A DNA stretch of 60,569 nucleotides. Origin: Candidatus Kapaibacterium sp. (lineage in GTDB: Bacteria; Bacteroidota; Ignavibacteria; Palsa-1295). The stretch lies in contig JBBRNY010000003.1 in the NCBI GenBank assembly GCA_038229915.1, positions 1 through 60,569 on the forward strand, read 5' to 3'. Positions 26,548 through 35,627 of the stretch are shown here, piece after piece. The position numbers and the translations under genes are program-made. How positions within the stretch are numbered: the first letter of the stretch is position 1; every line of letters begins with the position of its first letter. The notes under the pieces are model-generated. The model was not told the DNA's origin, made no database searches, and worked only from the letters and a program-made list of their open reading frames with translations.

Positions 26548-28209
26548 ATGAAGTTGCCACAAGCATTTACACCGAAGCTATTTGATACTTTTCGAAATGG
26601 ATATTCCAAGAAGGCTTTTCTAAACGATCTTGTTGCCGGTTTGATCGTAGGGGCAGTTGCTCTTCCGTTAGCTATTGCTTTTGGTGTCGCAAGCGGGGTG
26701 ACTCCTGAAAAGGGACTCATCACGACGATCATTGCCGGGTTTGTTTGCTCGATGCTAAGCGGAAGTCGAGTTCAGATCAGTGGTCCGACCGGTGCGTTTA
26801 TTATTGTGATTTATGGTATTGTTCAAAAATTTGGTCTTCTTGGTCTGACCGTCACGACGATTCTTGCTGGAGTCATCGTTATCATTATGGGACTTGCAAA
26901 GTTTGGAAACGTTATCAAGTTTATTCCGGCGCCGGTAATCACAGGGTTTACCAGCGGAACGGCTCTTATAATTTTTTCTCTTCAGATAAAAGATCTCCTG
27001 GGTTTACAGTTGAGCTCGCTCCCCGCAGAGTTTATTGAAAAATGGGCAGTGTACTCTCAACATTTTTTTTCGGCAAATCTATATGCCGTCGCGATTGCAG
27101 CTGCTACGATAGGTATCGTGATCTATTTCCCGAGAATCACTAAAAAACTTCCTTCGCCGTTTGTTGCGTTGATCTTAATGACTGTTGTCGTTCAGATATT
27201 TAACCTGCCTGTTGAAACGATCGGCTCGAAGTTCGGAACACTTTCGAGTGCTCTTCCTACTCCGGTAATGCCTGATATTACATTTGCAATGATTCGCGAG
27301 CTATTTCCATCGATCATCACCATTGCACTATTGATCTCTATCGTATCGCTCCTGTCGGCAGTTGTTGCTGATGGTATGCTTGGTACGAAACATCGTTCGA
27401 ATATGGAGCTCATCGCACAAGGCACTTCAAATATTTTTTCGGGAATACTCGGCGGGATCCCTTCGACCGGTGCTATAGCCAGAACAACCACCAATATCAG
27501 AAATGGTGGAAGAACACCGGTTGCCGGTATTGTTCACGCGCTATTCCTTTTAGTCGTGTTGGTCTCGATTGGTCGTTTTACATCAATGATACCAATGTCT
27601 GTGATGGCAGCGATACTGGTGATCGTCAGTTACAATATGAGTCAATGGAGAACATTTCGATCAATGCTGAGGTCGCCGAGGAGCGATCAGATCATTCTAT
27701 TAACGACGTTTTTTTTAACGGTGTTTGTTTCTCTTTCTGTTGCGATCGAGGTCGGTGTTGTACTTGCAGCACTGCTGTTTATGAAAACAATGGCCGAAGT
27801 GACGAATGTTAATATCGTTACAAAAAATATTAATGATGACGATGCCGACGATGGCATCACGCACCATTATGATCTTCCTGAAGGTGTTGAACTCTATGAG
27901 ATCAATGGTCCGTTCTTCTTCGGTGCGGCTGAAAAATTTACCGAAACCATCCGCTCTACCGGCAAACTTCCGAAGATCCTACTCCTAAGAATGCGAAACG
28001 TCCCGGCGATCGATGCTACTGGTTTAATAGTCTTAGAGGGGATACATAAAGAATTGATCTCTTCAGGAGGAATGCTTATCATCGCTGATATTCACTCCCA
28101 ACCATATCTTACGTTAAAAACCTCCGGTTTACTTGCGAAGATCGGCGACGGAAATATTTTTACTAATATGAATGATGCTTTGGCTCGGATACAAGTTCTT
28201 TCTGACTAA
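26548..28209 (+). CDS. SulP-family anion permease with a C-terminal STAS domain
   Basis: DLVAGLIVGAVALPLAIAFGVASG N-terminal motif. Polytopic. The C-terminal YEINGPFFFGAAEKF...LRMRNVPAIDATG is STAS-like. Confidence 0.9.
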   Translation: MKLPQAFTPKLFDTFRNGYSKKAFLNDLVAGLIVGAVALPLAIAFGVASGVTPEKGLITTIIAGFVCSMLSGSRVQISGPTGAFIIVIYGIVQKFGLLGLTVTTILAGVIVIIMGLAKFGNVIKFIPAPVITGFTSGTALIIFSLQIKDLLGLQLSSLPAEFIEKWAVYSQHFFSANLYAVAIAAATIGIVIYFPRITKKLPSPFVALILMTVVVQIFNLPVETIGSKFGTLSSALPTPVMPDITFAMIRELFPSIITIALLISIVSLLSAVVADGMLGTKHRSNMELIAQGTSNIFSGILGGIPSTGAIARTTTNIRNGGRTPVAGIVHALFLLVVLVSIGRFTSMIPMSVMAAILVIVSYNMSQWRTFRSMLRSPRSDQIILLTTFFLTVFVSLSVAIEVGVVLAALLFMKTMAEVTNVNIVTKNINDDDADDGITHHYDLPEGVELYEINGPFFFGAAEKFTETIRSTGKLPKILLLRMRNVPAIDATGLIVLEGIHKELISSGGMLIIADIHSQPYLTLKTSGLLAKIGDGNIFTNMNDALARIQVLSD

Positions 28210-28255
28210 ACCGCAACTCTAAAAACATTGTTGTGTGCCTGATAAATCTATCTCT

Positions 28256-29332
28256 ATGCCACTGCGACAACTGATTCTGCTTACTCTTATCTTGCTATCA
28301 TTCTCGACAGCATTCTCTCAACAAAATGACAGTCTTACGCAATTGCACCGGACGCATTATTATACCGGCAAGCCGATCCGCGAGTTCTCGGATGTGACGG
28401 TGAAGGTGACTGTCAAGAATATGAATTACTCGAGCAACGCGCCGGCAGTTTTTGGGGGCAAACCATACATCGGTACGACGAAAGATCTGGTGTTGGTTAT
28501 CGGCGATATGAGCATTGATGGCGGCTATTCACTTAAAGGTTCTATCGAATCAGCGCCATTTATAAATAACCGATTTATGATCGCAGGGTCAACGGCGAAT
28601 ACGATCTTCGCGTATGACCGCGTTTCAGAAAAAATTCTTTGGAAGTACAAAACCAAAGGCGCAGTAAATACTTCGCCACTTCTTATTGGTGCGTTGGTGT
28701 ATGTTGGTTGTGCCGATGGCAAGCTCTATGCACTTGATACACTCGGCAAATTGAAATGGTCGTATGATCTGAAATCTCCGGTGGCATCGCCGTCGTTCGA
28801 TGACAGTGTTCTATATGTCGGCTCCTCGGGTGGCACGTCGGCTGCGCTGAATGCACTCAGTGGGAAAGAAATTTGGAAGTCATCGCTTGCTGGTCGGACA
28901 CCGGTTGTCGGGCCGACGCTGATCTATTGTATCAATCGAAATGGTGCGGTAATAGCTCTTGACAAAAAGACGGGCGAAGAGCGGTGGCGTTATGATGAGT
29001 ATGCTTCGAGCCGAGCGTTCGAACTTGCGCTTTCGCCGACCGCGCTCGTGTATGCTTGCGATGCTACTATCGGAGTAATTGATCCGTTAACAGGCAAGAA
29101 ATTATGGGGCACTGGTTTTAAGCGTCCCATCTGCGGTTCGCCGATGATCGTCGGGAATGTTCTCTATGTTCCGTGCTCCGATTGGAATCTCTACGGGTAT
29201 GATCTTAGCACCAGTATCGAGATCACCAAAGCAGATATTGGTTTTGCGCCTTACGGAACGCCGGCGTTCGGCGATGGAAAAATATTTTATCCGAGCAAGC
29301 AGGTACTCTATACCTTCGAGCCAAAAGAATAA
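28256..29332 (+). CDS. PQQ-like beta-propeller repeat protein (BamB-like)
   Basis: Signal peptide, then repeated GxxYVGxxDGKLYALD..GKxxW motifs. Confidence 0.75.
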   Translation: MPLRQLILLTLILLSFSTAFSQQNDSLTQLHRTHYYTGKPIREFSDVTVKVTVKNMNYSSNAPAVFGGKPYIGTTKDLVLVIGDMSIDGGYSLKGSIESAPFINNRFMIAGSTANTIFAYDRVSEKILWKYKTKGAVNTSPLLIGALVYVGCADGKLYALDTLGKLKWSYDLKSPVASPSFDDSVLYVGSSGGTSAALNALSGKEIWKSSLAGRTPVVGPTLIYCINRNGAVIALDKKTGEERWRYDEYASSRAFELALSPTALVYACDATIGVIDPLTGKKLWGTGFKRPICGSPMIVGNVLYVPCSDWNLYGYDLSTSIEITKADIGFAPYGTPAFGDGKIFYPSKQVLYTFEPKE

Positions 29333-29338
29333 TTAGTA

Positions 29339-29884
29339 ATGAGTTTTGAACAATTCGATATAGATCTGCTCCGAGCGATCAATGTTGATCGTCTCAAGTC
29401 GCTCGACGGAGTATTTATATTCATTACCAATTCCGGCCCGATCATTGCCGGGCTTATCCCACTTGGTTTTATATTATATGGTCTGTTTGCTAAGCGTAAA
29501 GACATTCGTGGTTATGGATATGTCATCGCCGCATCGTATCTCTTGTCGGTGATCATTTCCAATACTCTTAAATACGTTGTCGCTCGTCCTCGACCATTCA
29601 CTATTTATCCGTACATAGAAAAACTTTCGAGCGGCGGAAGCGGGTCATTTCCTTCGGGGCATACTTCAGATGCGTTTTCGGTGGCGATGGCCGTGAGTTT
29701 GCTCTTTCCGAAACGGTCGGTGGTGATACCGATGCTTTTGTGGGCAATGCTTGTCGGTTATTCACGAATGGATCTCGGTGTGCATTACCCGAGCGACGTG
29801 CTCGGTGGGGTAGTTATCGGGGCTGGAGCGGCGTATTGTTGCTGGATTTTCTGGAAAAAGAAAATGAGCCGCGGTAGTGTCTGA
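29339..29884 (+). CDS. PAP2-family phosphatase
   Basis: KYVVARPRPF, SFPSGHTS and SRMDLGVHYPSDV are the three PAP2 motifs. Confidence 0.9.
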   Translation: MSFEQFDIDLLRAINVDRLKSLDGVFIFITNSGPIIAGLIPLGFILYGLFAKRKDIRGYGYVIAASYLLSVIISNTLKYVVARPRPFTIYPYIEKLSSGGSGSFPSGHTSDAFSVAMAVSLLFPKRSVVIPMLLWAMLVGYSRMDLGVHYPSDVLGGVVIGAGAAYCCWIFWKKKMSRGSV

Positions 29885-29924
29885 ATCTTCCGGAGTGCCA
29901 AATCGTAAGATAGGGAGCGATAAA

Positions 29925-29938
29925 TCCGTATTTTTGTA
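29925..29938 (+). promoter_or_regulatory. Putative promoter element TCCGTATTTTTGTA (TAnnTTTG -7 motif) upstream of nuoA
   Basis: TATTTTTG at 29929-29936, 24 nt before the nuoA ATG. The 14-mer is identical to 4333-4346. Confidence 0.4.
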
Positions 29939-29959
29939 GAGACCGTATAGATAAAGCTG

Positions 29960-30313
29960 ATGTCAAACTACATACCGTTATTCTTAATGCTGGTCATTGC
30001 CTTCATATTTGGGGCGGTGATGGCGAATTTTTCGAAGTGGATCGGTCCTAAAAAGCCGAACAAAGAGAAGCTCTCGACTTATGAGTCAGGGATGCAGCCT
30101 ATTGGCTCGACGCGTGACCGAATCTCGATCAAATACTATACGGTTGCGATGCTCTTTATCATTTTCGATATAGAAATCGTGTTTTTATATCCGTGGGCAG
30201 TGACCTTCGATAAGATCGGAGTCTTTGCGCTCGGTGAGATGTTTTTATTTATCGCATTATTGTTTATTGGTTACATTTACATCCTGAAAAAAGGGGCACT
30301 TCAGTGGGATTAA
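29960..30313 (+). CDS. nuoA: NADH-quinone oxidoreductase subunit A
   Basis: 117 aa with three TM helices. YESGM and [15 protein letters not shown] motifs. Confidence 0.9.
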   Translation: MSNYIPLFLMLVIAFIFGAVMANFSKWIGPKKPNKEKLSTYESGMQPIGSTRDRISIKYYTVAMLFIIFDIEIVFLYPWAVTFDKIGVFALGEMFLFIALLFIGYIYILKKGALQWD

Positions 30314-30873
30314 ACGATTCGGTTCAACAAGAAGGTTTTATTACGACTCAGCTTGATTCGTTGGTGAATTGGGCACGTAAAAATGCGGTGTGGCCTATGC
30401 CGCTTGGTATTTCGTGCTGTGCTATCGAGATGATGGCGTTCGCCGGTCCGCGATATGATGTGTCGCGTTTCGGCAGTGAAGTGTTTCGTTTTTCGCCGAG
30501 ACAATCTGATCTGCTGATCGTTGCAGGTACGGTCACCTACAAGATGGCAAAAGTGGTGAAGAAAATTTACGATCAAATGCCGGAGCCGAAGTATGTGATC
30601 GCGATGGGCGCATGCTCATCGAGCGGCGGTATTTATCGGACGTATTCGGTGGTGCAGGGTATCAATCAGTTTATCCCTGTTGATGTGTATGTCGCCGGTT
30701 GCCCGCCGCGCCCCGACTCGGTTATCAAAGCATTGATGGAAATACAAGATATGATCTCCGGCGATAAGCCGTTCGCCCGAGGCACGATCATCGGTAGCCC
30801 CGACCCGATCTACGATATTGCTCTTCCGCCGCACGGCGAGTTAGTCAAGTCAACGCTGAATCAAGTCGCGTAA
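30304..30873 (+). CDS. nuoB: NADH-quinone oxidoreductase subunit B
   Basis: [19 protein letters not shown] and VAGCPPRP (N2 cluster cysteines). GTG start overlapping nuoA by 10 nt. Confidence 0.95.
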   Translation: MGLNDSVQQEGFITTQLDSLVNWARKNAVWPMPLGISCCAIEMMAFAGPRYDVSRFGSEVFRFSPRQSDLLIVAGTVTYKMAKVVKKIYDQMPEPKYVIAMGACSSSGGIYRTYSVVQGINQFIPVDVYVAGCPPRPDSVIKALMEIQDMISGDKPFARGTIIGSPDPIYDIALPPHGELVKSTLNQVA

Positions 30874-30890
30874 AAAAACGATGTTTAAGT

Positions 30891-30923
30891 AAAAAAGCCT
30901 CGGAGATACTCCGAGGCTTTTTT
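30891..30923. terminator. Bidirectional rho-independent terminator between nuoB and the convergent peroxidase gene
   Basis: AAAAAAGCCTCGGA-GATAC-TCCGAGGCTTTTTT. Confidence 0.85.
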
Positions 30924-30945
30924 ATTTGGAATACAAATCACGTCG

Positions 30946-32133
30946 TTACTTCCAAGGGTTTGAAAAATTGGAGTTCGAGGCGAACTTGGAATCGGTGAGG
31001 GTATTCAGGAATGCAGCGATGTCTTGAATGTCCTGATCGCTCAGATTGAGCTTGCGTACATTTTTATCGTGTACCGTTGCCGATGACCCACCACTATTAT
31101 AATGTGCAATTACTTGCTCAAGCTTTGTAAAACGACCGTCATGCATATACGGTGCGCTCAGGGCGACATTGCGTAGTGTCGGGACTTTGAATTTGAAACG
31201 ATCTTCTGGTTTTTTACTGACCTTGAACAGTCCTTGGTCTTGATCAGTCGGTACTAAACCGTTATTGTGGAATTGCCCGTCAGTAAAGTTATATCCCGAA
31301 TGGCAGGAGATACAATTTCCTTTTGCAGAATCACGAAAGAGATCGAAGCCGCGTTGTGCGCTTGCGCTGATAGCGGTTTTATCACCTTTGTTAAAGGCAT
31401 CAAATGGCGACTCGGTACTAATAAAGGTGCGCTCGAACGAGGCGATCGCTTTGACGATGCGATCAAGCGAAAATTTTGCATCACCATACGCATTGACGAG
31501 CATTGATGTATACTCGGCTTTGTGCGCTTGGATAATGCGATCAAACAATAGCGTCGTATCATTGCCGCCATGCTCCCATCCATAACCACTCGGCGCAGTA
31601 TCTCTTGGGTTGTTTGCAAAATTATTTCCCATTTCGACGGGGCTGAACATCGGTGCCGGCACGTGCGCTTCGAGCGTCTTAAATTTGCCGTCCCAAGTGA
31701 AAAACGTATTATAGGCGACGTTGGTCAAGCCGGGTGCATTCCGAGTACCGGTCTTGTGTTGAAAGCCGGTGCTAAATGCATCCTTATCCGAAAATCCTCT
31801 CCCTGCATCGTGACAAGAGCCGCAGGATACGCCCACCAAACCATCGTTCGGACTTTTTGATGGTACTGCCATATTCTCATCATAAAACAAATGCCGCCCG
31901 AGCTCGACTCTGTCTGTGGTGACGGGGTTATCGCCAGGGACGAACATTACCGGAAGATCGGTCGGGATCGTACCCAGTGGCTGAGTAGTAGGAGGTTTAA
32001 TAACTGGGGGATCGACTGTTGCGACGTCATCTTTTTTGCACGATGACAATAGCCCTGCAGACAGGGCAAGCGCCAAAACAAGCACGTTGCGCGATACTGC
32101 GTTTCGTATTGGGAGTCTCAGTTGTAATTTCAT
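30946..32133 (-). CDS. Di-haem cytochrome c peroxidase (CCP/MauG family) lipoprotein
   Basis: Lipobox LLSSCKKDD. Two CxxCH motifs (CGSCHD and CISCHS). PTLRNVALSAPYMHDG motif. Confidence 0.9.
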   Translation of the reverse strand: MKLQLRLPIRNAVSRNVLVLALALSAGLLSSCKKDDVATVDPPVIKPPTTQPLGTIPTDLPVMFVPGDNPVTTDRVELGRHLFYDENMAVPSKSPNDGLVGVSCGSCHDAGRGFSDKDAFSTGFQHKTGTRNAPGLTNVAYNTFFTWDGKFKTLEAHVPAPMFSPVEMGNNFANNPRDTAPSGYGWEHGGNDTTLLFDRIIQAHKAEYTSMLVNAYGDAKFSLDRIVKAIASFERTFISTESPFDAFNKGDKTAISASAQRGFDLFRDSAKGNCISCHSGYNFTDGQFHNNGLVPTDQDQGLFKVSKKPEDRFKFKVPTLRNVALSAPYMHDGRFTKLEQVIAHYNSGGSSATVHDKNVRKLNLSDQDIQDIAAFLNTLTDSKFASNSNFSNPWK

Positions 32134-32356
32134 AGCCGAAGTTATGAGGATGATAAATGATGCTTTTTACACAAAAAACGCCAGCCACTCAATTGCTATA
32201 CATCTGTCCATATACAAGAAACCCCTAAGGGGGGCAAAAGTTACAAAAAATCTTGAAAATAGATGGGGATTTGTTAGTGACCGGTGAAAAAACGTAGTTT
32301 TTGATAGGCCCGATAGGGCAAATAAGCTCTATTTGGAATTGTTGGTCATACCGAAC

Positions 32357-33100
32357 ATGAATTCTAAGCCGTTAACTGTGGTTATTCACGCTATGAATAT
32401 GCAATTGTTTTCTATGTTGTTTAATAATCGAGTGAACTCAGGAAAACAAAGGAATATCTTTAAAGCATATTTCCTATTTTGTTGTGTGACCATAATGTTA
32501 GCAGTCCAGTTCGTTGGTTGTTCTAAACCTGCAAAGCGGAGTGATAGTGTTCCTCTTAGTGATAGTATCCTTCTTAATAAGTCTATTAATCTTGATTATA
32601 TTTCCGATGTTTGCCGCACTGATTCCGCCATCGTTAGACTAAAATCTGTTGGCTTGCAGTATGAATTTCGCGATGAAAGTGATAAGGTTTTAAGTAGGGT
32701 AATTCCAAAACTTACCGTTCACTTAGGAAAAGTGTTGGCTGTAAAAGATGTAAAAATGTTTTGTTTTGACTCCGGTGATTTTTATCTTAAGCTCAATAGA
32801 ATTGCTGATAAATATGGAGTTAGTGGCAAATATATTGATCTGTACTACTATATCAAAGGTGGTCTTTCAAATGAGGAGATATACAAGGGGGGAGATGCTT
32901 TTGATTCACTTTCTCATGGGGAATGTCCTTGCATGAGATTTGATGGAGCTAACGGACTTCCCAACCGCGTTTCGGGTTTTTACTTTTTTGGTTTATATTC
33001 AATTACACTATCTTCTTTGAATGACACTATCATTTACATGTTTACTCGAAACGATCATTCTCTTAAGATGGACCGTGAAATGTTGAAGGATTTGAAATAG
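32357..33100 (+). CDS. Hypothetical lipoprotein in an AT-rich islet
   Basis: Lipobox-like MLAVQFVGCSKP. The start is uncertain (ATGs at 32357, 32396, 32402 and 32417). I recognise no family. Confidence 0.5.
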   Translation: MNSKPLTVVIHAMNMQLFSMLFNNRVNSGKQRNIFKAYFLFCCVTIMLAVQFVGCSKPAKRSDSVPLSDSILLNKSINLDYISDVCRTDSAIVRLKSVGLQYEFRDESDKVLSRVIPKLTVHLGKVLAVKDVKMFCFDSGDFYLKLNRIADKYGVSGKYIDLYYYIKGGLSNEEIYKGGDAFDSLSHGECPCMRFDGANGLPNRVSGFYFFGLYSITLSSLNDTIIYMFTRNDHSLKMDREMLKDLK

Positions 33101-33258
33101 TACAAAGTGAAAGCAGCGGTGTGATTTCTTTTCCCAACCTCTTCCGCTTGTTGCTTTGATTCTAAGGGATATTTACATTCAATTAACTCGTTAGCACATT
33201 TGATTGAACCCAGAATTAAGTTGGGTGATTCTACCATTCTCAAGCAATATAGACACCG

Positions 33259-33447
33259 ATGAACTTTAAGAAATTTACCCTCGAATTTAAACTGCTATTC
33301 TGCGCAGAGCTACTCCTCCTGTCCATACTACTCTATTCATCAATATTTAAGTTGATGTCTCCACCAGTACAGTTTTCTTTAATCGGTTTATATATGCTTA
33401 TTGCTTTAAGGTTATTGATACTGAAACAAAAAGCAAGAAAGAGATAA
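33259..33447 (+). CDS. Possible small two-TM membrane protein
   Basis: 62-aa ORF with two hydrophobic stretches and a basic C-terminus KQKARKR. Very AT-rich and could be spurious. Confidence 0.3.
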   Translation: MNFKKFTLEFKLLFCAELLLLSILLYSSIFKLMSPPVQFSLIGLYMLIALRLLILKQKARKR

Positions 33448-33522
33448 ATGCAGCTATTGCTTCCGGCTGATTTTGCGAATTTCCTTGCACATTCTGGGTT
33501 GATTTATTGTTAAGGTGCGACT

Positions 33523-34020
33523 ATGTTTACATTCGATCAACTCACGACCAATTTGCCCGGCTTTTCGTTTGAGCCGGTTGATATCAATGGTACGCCTTGT
33601 GCTCTGCTTGATCGCGAGCACCTCGTTGCCGTTGCCAAGCTCTTGAAAGAGCAGTACGGGTTTACTCATTTTATTGATACCGTCGGTATCGACCGCTTCG
33701 AGCGCAAGATGCGCTTCGAGGTGACCTATAATCTCCGTAACCCCACGACGCTCGAACGCCTATTCTTGAAAGTACGATGCGACGAGCGCGACCCGCACAT
33801 CCCCAGTGTCGTAAGCATTTGGACGGGCGCAAACTGGAACGAGCGCGAAGTCTATGATATGATCGGCGTCGTCTTTGACGGGCATCCCGATCTGCGCCGA
33901 ATGTATATGCCCGATGATTATGCTTATTATCCGCTGAGAAAAGATTATCCGCTGACCGGCATCGAGGGTGCGATCCCACTGCCGACCGATGAGTATGTTG
34001 CAAAAATGAATTTGAATTGA
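33523..34020 (+). CDS. nuoC: NADH-quinone oxidoreductase subunit C
   Basis: WTGANWNEREVYDMIGVVFDGHPDLRRMYMPDDY matches the NuoC (30-kDa subunit) signature. Confidence 0.9.
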   Translation: MFTFDQLTTNLPGFSFEPVDINGTPCALLDREHLVAVAKLLKEQYGFTHFIDTVGIDRFERKMRFEVTYNLRNPTTLERLFLKVRCDERDPHIPSVVSIWTGANWNEREVYDMIGVVFDGHPDLRRMYMPDDYAYYPLRKDYPLTGIEGAIPLPTDEYVAKMNLN

Positions 34021-34021
34021 T

Positions 34022-35296
34022 ATGATCTCTGAAGAAAGCTACCACCCGTCGCAAGCGCCGAAACAAAAGATCATCGAAGCGCTAATGTCGAAAGATACGA
34101 GCGTTGTGCTCGATGAAGATTCGCTCGACCATGAAATGATCTTGAATATGGGACCACAGCATCCGGCGACGCACGGCGTGCTTCGCGTGGTGCTCCGTCT
34201 CGATGGCGAAATGGTTATCAGTGCCGAAAGCGAACTCGGCTACTTGCACCGCGGCTACGAAAAGCTTGCGGAGAATATGACCTATCACGAATTTATTCCG
34301 CATACCGATAGGCTCGATTATATTTCGCCGATCGCCAATAACGTAGCCTACGTGATGGCAGTCGAAAAGCTGATGAATATCGAGGTGCCTCGCCGCGCAC
34401 AGATCATCCGCACGCTCTGCTGTGAGCTTGCCCGTATCAGCTCGCACTTGCTTGCCGGTGGTGCACTTGGTATGGACGTTGGTTCGCTGACGGTGTTCGT
34501 GTGGGCTCTTCGCGAACGCGAAAATCTCTATGACATTTTTGATCTGCTGACCGGTGCCCGATTCACGGTAAGTTATATGCGTATCGGCGGTGTTGCGCAA
34601 GATATTACGCCGGATTGTATTACGATGATCCGCAAATTTTTGAAAGGCTTGCCCGAAGCTACCGGCGAGATCGCAAAGATGTTGCATAAGAATCGCATCT
34701 TCATCGAACGCTGCGAAAGTATCGGCATTATGCCCGCCGATGAAGCACTTGATCTTGGTTGGACAGGTCCGAACCTTCGCGCATCAGGTATTGCACACGA
34801 CTTGCGACGCGACCAGCCATATCTTATTTATCCTGAGCTTGATTTTAATGTCATCACTCGCACCGAAGGCGATGTGCTGGCGCGTTACTTCGTCCGTTTT
34901 GATGAGGTGGTCGAGAGCACCAAAATTTGTTTGCAATGTCTCGATCTCTTGGATCGTGAGCCTGGTCCGGTACTTGCAAACGATGCGAAACACGTCTTGC
35001 CAAAAAAAGATGAGGTCTATTCTTCGATGGAAGATTTGATCAACGATTTTATGCTCATCAATTTCGGACAGAACCCACCGAAGGGCGAAAGTTATTTTTC
35101 GATCGAAGGCTCGAAAGGTGAGTTGGGTTGGTATCTTGCATCTGATGGGACGGGTACCCCGTGGCGCAGTAAGATACGCTCGCCAAGTTTTGTCAATCTT
35201 CAAGGGCTCTCACGTTTGCTTGAAGGTGCGATGATCTCCGATGTCGTCGCCATCATCGGCTCGCTCGACCCAATTATGGGCGAAGCGGATAAATAA
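34022..35296 (+). CDS. nuoD: NADH-quinone oxidoreductase subunit D
   Basis: LNMGPQHPATHGVLR and GYLHRGYEKL, with C-terminal IIGSLDPIMGEADK. The start lies 1 nt after the nuoC stop. Confidence 0.95.
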   Translation: MISEESYHPSQAPKQKIIEALMSKDTSVVLDEDSLDHEMILNMGPQHPATHGVLRVVLRLDGEMVISAESELGYLHRGYEKLAENMTYHEFIPHTDRLDYISPIANNVAYVMAVEKLMNIEVPRRAQIIRTLCCELARISSHLLAGGALGMDVGSLTVFVWALRERENLYDIFDLLTGARFTVSYMRIGGVAQDITPDCITMIRKFLKGLPEATGEIAKMLHKNRIFIERCESIGIMPADEALDLGWTGPNLRASGIAHDLRRDQPYLIYPELDFNVITRTEGDVLARYFVRFDEVVESTKICLQCLDLLDREPGPVLANDAKHVLPKKDEVYSSMEDLINDFMLINFGQNPPKGESYFSIEGSKGELGWYLASDGTGTPWRSKIRSPSFVNLQGLSRLLEGAMISDVVAIIGSLDPIMGEADK

Positions 35297-35321
35297 ACTA
35301 TAAAATGTTTAGCAGTGAAAT

Positions 35322-35358
35322 GAAGCTCCATTCGATTTTCGGATGGAGCTTCTTTGTT
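35322..35358 (+). terminator. Rho-independent terminator after nuoD
   Basis: GAAGCTCCAT-(11-nt loop)-ATGGAGCTTC followed by TTTGTT. Confidence 0.75.
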
Positions 35359-35408
35359 ACAAGACGAAGAATTGTTCGTAGAATAGCTATAAGAAGGAAC
35401 AGAACAAT

Positions 35409-35627
35409 ATGAAACAGGAAAAGATAAACATTGTAGGGATGCATTGCAACGGCTGTGTCAAGAGCGTCACGAATGCACTGAATAAAGTTGATGGTGTGAC
35501 AAGCGTCGAGGTTTCATTGGCTGATGAACGGGCTGTTGTTCAGTACGATGAAACGAAGGCAACCCCCGAACAACTAAACAATGCCGTGACCGAAGCAGGG
35601 TATCAAGTGGTTGAGAATGTCTGGTAA
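35409..35627 (+). CDS. copZ: Heavy-metal-associated copper chaperone
   Basis: 72 aa with GMHCNGCV (MxCxxC) and an HMA fold pattern. Confidence 0.85.
   Translation: MKQEKINIVGMHCNGCVKSVTNALNKVDGVTSVEVSLADERAVVQYDETKATPEQLNNAVTEAGYQVVENVW

Noticed and set aside
33671-34687. Minus-strand ORFs of 131 aa and 201 aa overlapping nuoC/nuoD.
   Set aside because: They are antisense to unmistakable NuoC/NuoD coding sequence, and their composition is Arg/His-rich nonsense.
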